NCBI GenBank assembly: GCA_010093605.1
Contig: MU004199.1
Coordinates: 434,001 to 498,000 of the forward strand
DNA from: Lophium mytilinum
Lineage: Eukaryota
DNA length: 64,000 nucleotides
Direction of reading: 5' to 3'
Shown: positions 60,247 to 64,000 of the stretch, piece by piece
How positions within the stretch are numbered: position 1 is the stretch's first letter
Layout: every line of letters starts with the position of its first letter
Made by a program: the position numbers and the translations under genes
Notes under the pieces: generated by a model
Told to the model about the DNA's origin: nothing
Seen by the model: only the letters and a program-made list of their open reading frames with translations
The model's database searches: none

Positions 60247-61302
60247 ATGCCCAAGCAGCAGAAACTCCCGAAAAAGGATCAGGCCTCGAAGACACCATAC
60301 TCTCGCTCGACCCGTCAGCAGACCCACGATAGGTCTGTGGGCACAGTAGCGTCTACGACAACGTCCATGTCCTCGCGGGCCGCTCCTCAAGCGAAGCGTG
60401 CCCCTGTTGAAGCAGGCTCAGGTTCGTGGGAGAAGAGCAGGCCGATGCGTGTGGGCAGAATGCAGGAGATGCGCGATCGGAGGGACAAGGCGAGGAGGCG
60501 CGAGTTGTACGAGAGCACCCTGTTGCGTCAGCGAGAAGAGAGCAAGGAGGACTCTACGTCTTCCGAGGCTGAAGAGTCGGAGGCTGAGGTGGTATATCGG
60601 CAGCCTAAGACCTCGCAGCTAAAGGAGAAAGGGGCTGTAACCCCCAACCAGACGACTGGACTTAAAGGCCTCCGCTTGTCCAAGGGAGTGATCGTCCCCC
60701 CGCCTGCTGTGACTGCACCTAGTCGCTACAGCACCTGGATGGAGCTAGGCAATGATGAAAGCATCCTTCCATTCGGCACCTCTTCCGGAGTGCGCACGAC
60801 AGCCACCGACGACGACAGTGAATCTGAGGATCAAACTGATCCAGAAGAGAGCGAGGAGAATTGTTCCCATTCGGATTCAGAAGAGTCGGAGGCCGAGGTG
60901 ACATATCAGCAGCCAAAGTCCTCACGGCCGGTCGAGCGAGGGGCAGCGAGGAGCATCCCAATCGACATTGATTCGACGGACAGCTCGGAAGAGGATGGCA
61001 TGACCTCCGACAATGACAGCGAAGGGGAGGACTCAACCGACCCAATGGACGTGGTCGACGTCGCTTCCGATTACACCCCCCCGCCTGCAGCCATCTCTCG
61101 TGGCTCTTCGAACACCGTATCCATCCACGAAGGAGCCGACGCCACAAAAGCTAGGCCCATGCCCGTTACGGAGGGGGTTGTTCCCCAACAGGTTGCCGCT
61201 GATGAGACCCGGGAAGTCCCCCCTCATCAGCAGCTCATCAACTTCCTCGAAACTCGATTCGGGCGATTTGGACAGTATCGGGGAAAAGACCGGCAGTATT
61301 AA
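60247..61302 (+). CDS. Disordered basic/acidic orphan protein (MPKQQK...), with an internal duplication
   Basis: Kozak context GCCAAAATG, preceded by TATATAA at ~60125. Internal repeat EESEAEVVYRQPKTS / EESEAEVTYQQPKSS. Confidence 0.65.
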   Translation: MPKQQKLPKKDQASKTPYSRSTRQQTHDRSVGTVASTTTSMSSRAAPQAKRAPVEAGSGSWEKSRPMRVGRMQEMRDRRDKARRRELYESTLLRQREESKEDSTSSEAEESEAEVVYRQPKTSQLKEKGAVTPNQTTGLKGLRLSKGVIVPPPAVTAPSRYSTWMELGNDESILPFGTSSGVRTTATDDDSESEDQTDPEESEENCSHSDSEESEAEVTYQQPKSSRPVERGAARSIPIDIDSTDSSEEDGMTSDNDSEGEDSTDPMDVVDVASDYTPPPAAISRGSSNTVSIHEGADATKARPMPVTEGVVPQQVAADETREVPPHQQLINFLETRFGRFGQYRGKDRQY

Positions 61303-62339
61303 GTAGCCGTTCTGGGCGTTTGAAGAGTTCAAGTCGAGGCTGATAGCCACTTATCTCCTGGCTATGACGCGGAGAAAAGGGGCTACTAGACTCAGTCCAA
61401 AACTCGCTGAGTGGAGAATATGTTAGAAGTACTTAAAACTCCTCGGCCTACATATGGAAGCAGGCCAATCTGACTTTCTTTCGTAGAGAATCAACTTTCC
61501 TTTTGCCACCAGAATACGCATGAAATGAAGTGAACACTAGTGATCTTGTCCGGTCTTACGTCCTGAATAAGTATTAGAAGCCTTCACACAGTGACGAGTA
61601 GTCCCGCGCCAAGAGCAAGCACCGCGCCGATTCAATGAGGATACTGATGAGACATTGTGCATTAGCTCCACAGAACTTGAGTACACACGTCTTCATTGAT
61701 CTCCAAACGCCTGTGAAAGGTTTTAATACCGTTAAGATTGGGGTGATGACGCTTCAACGTGTTATGATCTACACTCTATACCTCTATACAGCTTGTATTG
61801 AAACTCAAAACTCGCTTAGGATGCGCACATGATAGCGAACAAACGGCGAGTCGGGGAATGCTCGTACAAACGATCACTGTCACTTCACAATTAAAACCTG
61901 TCACAAATACATGCCTTTTACCAAACGCCACTGTGCCACAAGCTCTACTGTCGTCCATGTCATGAACAAGCTAACGCCAACAAGCTTTGATCAGCATTGT
62001 TCAACTATATAGTTCGGGGCTGTAGCTGGAGGCTTTTGTGCTTTCACTATGAGATCCGTTATATAGCAATGTATAGTATCGAGATGATTTTCGTCATCAT
62101 TCACTCACATGTAGAAGCCTGTCCCGCGACAATGCCAGCATCTCTTCCGCCAACGGTGAATCTTCCCATGAGACAAGCGCCTTTATAAACCCCCTTCTCT
62201 AACTCGTAATCTCAATCATCCACCTGCAGTTTCCAGCAACACACCACACACCACACCACCAGGAAACACTTCTTTCAGCACAGCTTCCACCCACTTCATA
62301 TTCTTCTTATTTCCCCAATCAGCACTCTAATCAGCCAAG

Positions 62340-64000
62340 ATGCCTAAGGAACTGAAGGCTACCAAGCAGAACAAGGTCACCACAACGCCGTACCCTCGCC
62401 GCCAGTATGCTTTGCGTTCCCAAACCAACCGCCGCCCCAGCTCCCCTGAGCTCGAAGAGACTTTACAGCCCAAGCAAGCCTCAAAGCCTACTCCAGCAAA
62501 GGCCAAGGCTCTTCAGCAGCGAAGCCGGGGTCTCAAGTCCTCTCGAGCCCCGGATAAAGCTCCAAATTCATCAGCAGCAGCTACGCCGTCTTCGGGTCCA
62601 ACTCGGCAGCTAAAGCCGAAGGTCGAGGGGACTCGCAAGTCATCCCGGTTGGCTGGGACGGAGGTTGTGAAGAAGAAGGCCGTCGTGGTCGAGGACACGG
62701 ATACCGAAACCAGCGACGAGGAACCCGCGTCTTCCAACGAGCAATCAGATGATGATAGCGATGGCGAGGTCAGCGACGCTATGGACGTTACTCAGGACAC
62801 TGCGTCTCTAAAAGCCCGCCGCCGCCGCAGCTCTCCTGAGCGACCAAAGCCGATGCTAGGCTGGGACCACCCAGATACCATCGAGTTGGTCCAAGCTATC
62901 GCTGAAATGTTGAAGCGGCCATCCTGCGTGCATGAGGCGAGGAATATTTATGCAAGCCCTCGGATCCTAGCGCAGCTCAATGTCGATAAGTGGAAGGGAC
63001 GGGAGAACCTTGGCCCACGCACAAGGAGAGTCTATGAGGCAGCCAAGAAGGTCGTTCTAAATGCTGCACGCGCTACAAATGTCTGGTCGTTGCTGACCTC
63101 GAAACCGGAACCCACCTCTGCCACCGGACGCCAGGACAATGCCAAGGTTAGCGCAAAGCAGGCCCCCAAGTCTTCCAGCTTCAAGCGCAAAGACGCAAAT
63201 CCACCGGCGAACACCTCTTCAGAATCTGAAGACGAGGATGGGCTGTGGCCAGAGATTGACACACCCCAACGGATGGAAGACGAGACGGGCATTTATGAAT
63301 ACGCCGAATCGTGCCTCTGGTTTCTCAAACAGGTTGTGTCTGTAGGAGAGCAGATCGATTGGACAATGCGCCGATGGGTGAATCTCAGGGACAATGCTGA
63401 GAAGTTCAAGAAAGAGATCGAGGCACAGCAGTTACCCGAATATGCAGGATCGCGGAGACTTGCGAGCTACGAGGAATGCATTAAGATTATGGGATTTGCT
63501 TATCGACAATGGAGTGATATCTCTTGGAAAACCTATCTCGAGAGCCTCAAGCTTGAAGACAAGCTCAAAAAGCATCCAGAACCTCCAGAATCAGAGAACC
63601 GCGTTAAGCTCAAGGACTTGCTCAACAAACATGAGTATGCTTCGAAAATTCGAGCAGGAGAGCCGTCCGATCGACTAAAGAGCATCATGGACCAGGCCAA
63701 GAAAGGGACTGCGAAGAGCACTCCCATCTTGATCGAGGAGTCGGAAGAGTCAGACGAGGATCCAGAGCAATTCTATCCGGATTCAGAGCAGTCCGACCAG
63801 GATGCTGCCTCTTCCCCCAAAGCCCAGGGCCATGGTTCCGATGCGGAAGGGAGTGAAGAGGCCATGGATCTTGTCGAAGACGGCAGAGCTGAGCGCGAAG
63901 AGGAACTGTCGTCTCCTACCGAGCGTCAGAGCGCGGATTCCGAAGTCGACATATACGACGACGACATGGACGATGACAACATGGACGATGTTGAAGACAT
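62340..64000 (+). CDS. Long orphan protein (MPKELK...), >550 aa, runs off the right edge
   Basis: Stop-free frame from GCCAAGATG at 62340 to the window end, so it is absent from the ORF track. Basic N-terminus, acidic tracts and two helical-looking blocks. TTTATAAA at ~62182. Confidence 0.75.
   Translation, partial: MPKELKATKQNKVTTTPYPRRQYALRSQTNRRPSSPELEETLQPKQASKPTPAKAKALQQRSRGLKSSRAPDKAPNSSAAATPSSGPTRQLKPKVEGTRKSSRLAGTEVVKKKAVVVEDTDTETSDEEPASSNEQSDDDSDGEVSDAMDVTQDTASLKARRRRSSPERPKPMLGWDHPDTIELVQAIAEMLKRPSCVHEARNIYASPRILAQLNVDKWKGRENLGPRTRRVYEAAKKVVLNAARATNVWSLLTSKPEPTSATGRQDNAKVSAKQAPKSSSFKRKDANPPANTSSESEDEDGLWPEIDTPQRMEDETGIYEYAESCLWFLKQVVSVGEQIDWTMRRWVNLRDNAEKFKKEIEAQQLPEYAGSRRLASYEECIKIMGFAYRQWSDISWKTYLESLKLEDKLKKHPEPPESENRVKLKDLLNKHEYASKIRAGEPSDRLKSIMDQAKKGTAKSTPILIEESEESDEDPEQFYPDSEQSDQDAASSPKAQGHGSDAEGSEEAMDLVEDGRAEREEELSSPTERQSADSEVDIYDDDMDDDNMDDVED

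Noticed and set aside
1..64000. Starship or other giant-transposon identity for the accessory blocks
   Set aside because: No tyrosine-recombinase captain gene, transposase or element boundary is visible in this window.

Overview
Eukaryotic DNA from a filamentous ascomycete fungus: short GT-AG and GC-AG introns with CTRAC branch sites, and a RIP-like AT-rich transposon. Conserved genes: an AA9 LPMO with CBM1, mitochondrial Lon protease (PIM1), an atypical protein kinase, and a three-gene module of MFS transporter, FAD oxidoreductase and Ppr1/UaY-type Zn2Cys6 factor with matching CGG-N6-CCG sites. These are interspersed with accessory-looking DNA. That DNA holds four tandem intronless RING-H2 genes (three share an unrecognised C-terminal domain), two paralogous Cys-His-Asp transglutaminase/papain-like genes, a convergent pair of small CCxC/CxxCxHxxCxxC zinc-ribbon genes, and disordered MPK-starting orphans. 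It also holds a decaying defence-like block: a HET gene with two frameshifts next to a hAT-type MITE, a HeLo-like-ankyrin gene with one nonsense codon, a frameshifted membrane protein, an SDR with a broken splice acceptor, and a captured KH-domain fragment. The most unusual signal is non-coding. Degenerate tandem arrays with ~150, ~172 and 108 bp periods, with dispersed copies of a ~70-bp core, lie next to the RING and Cys-His-Asp genes, and there is a ~330-bp inverted duplication between 2.8-3.1 kb and 58.8-59.1 kb. All calls were made by eye from motifs; no database searches were run.
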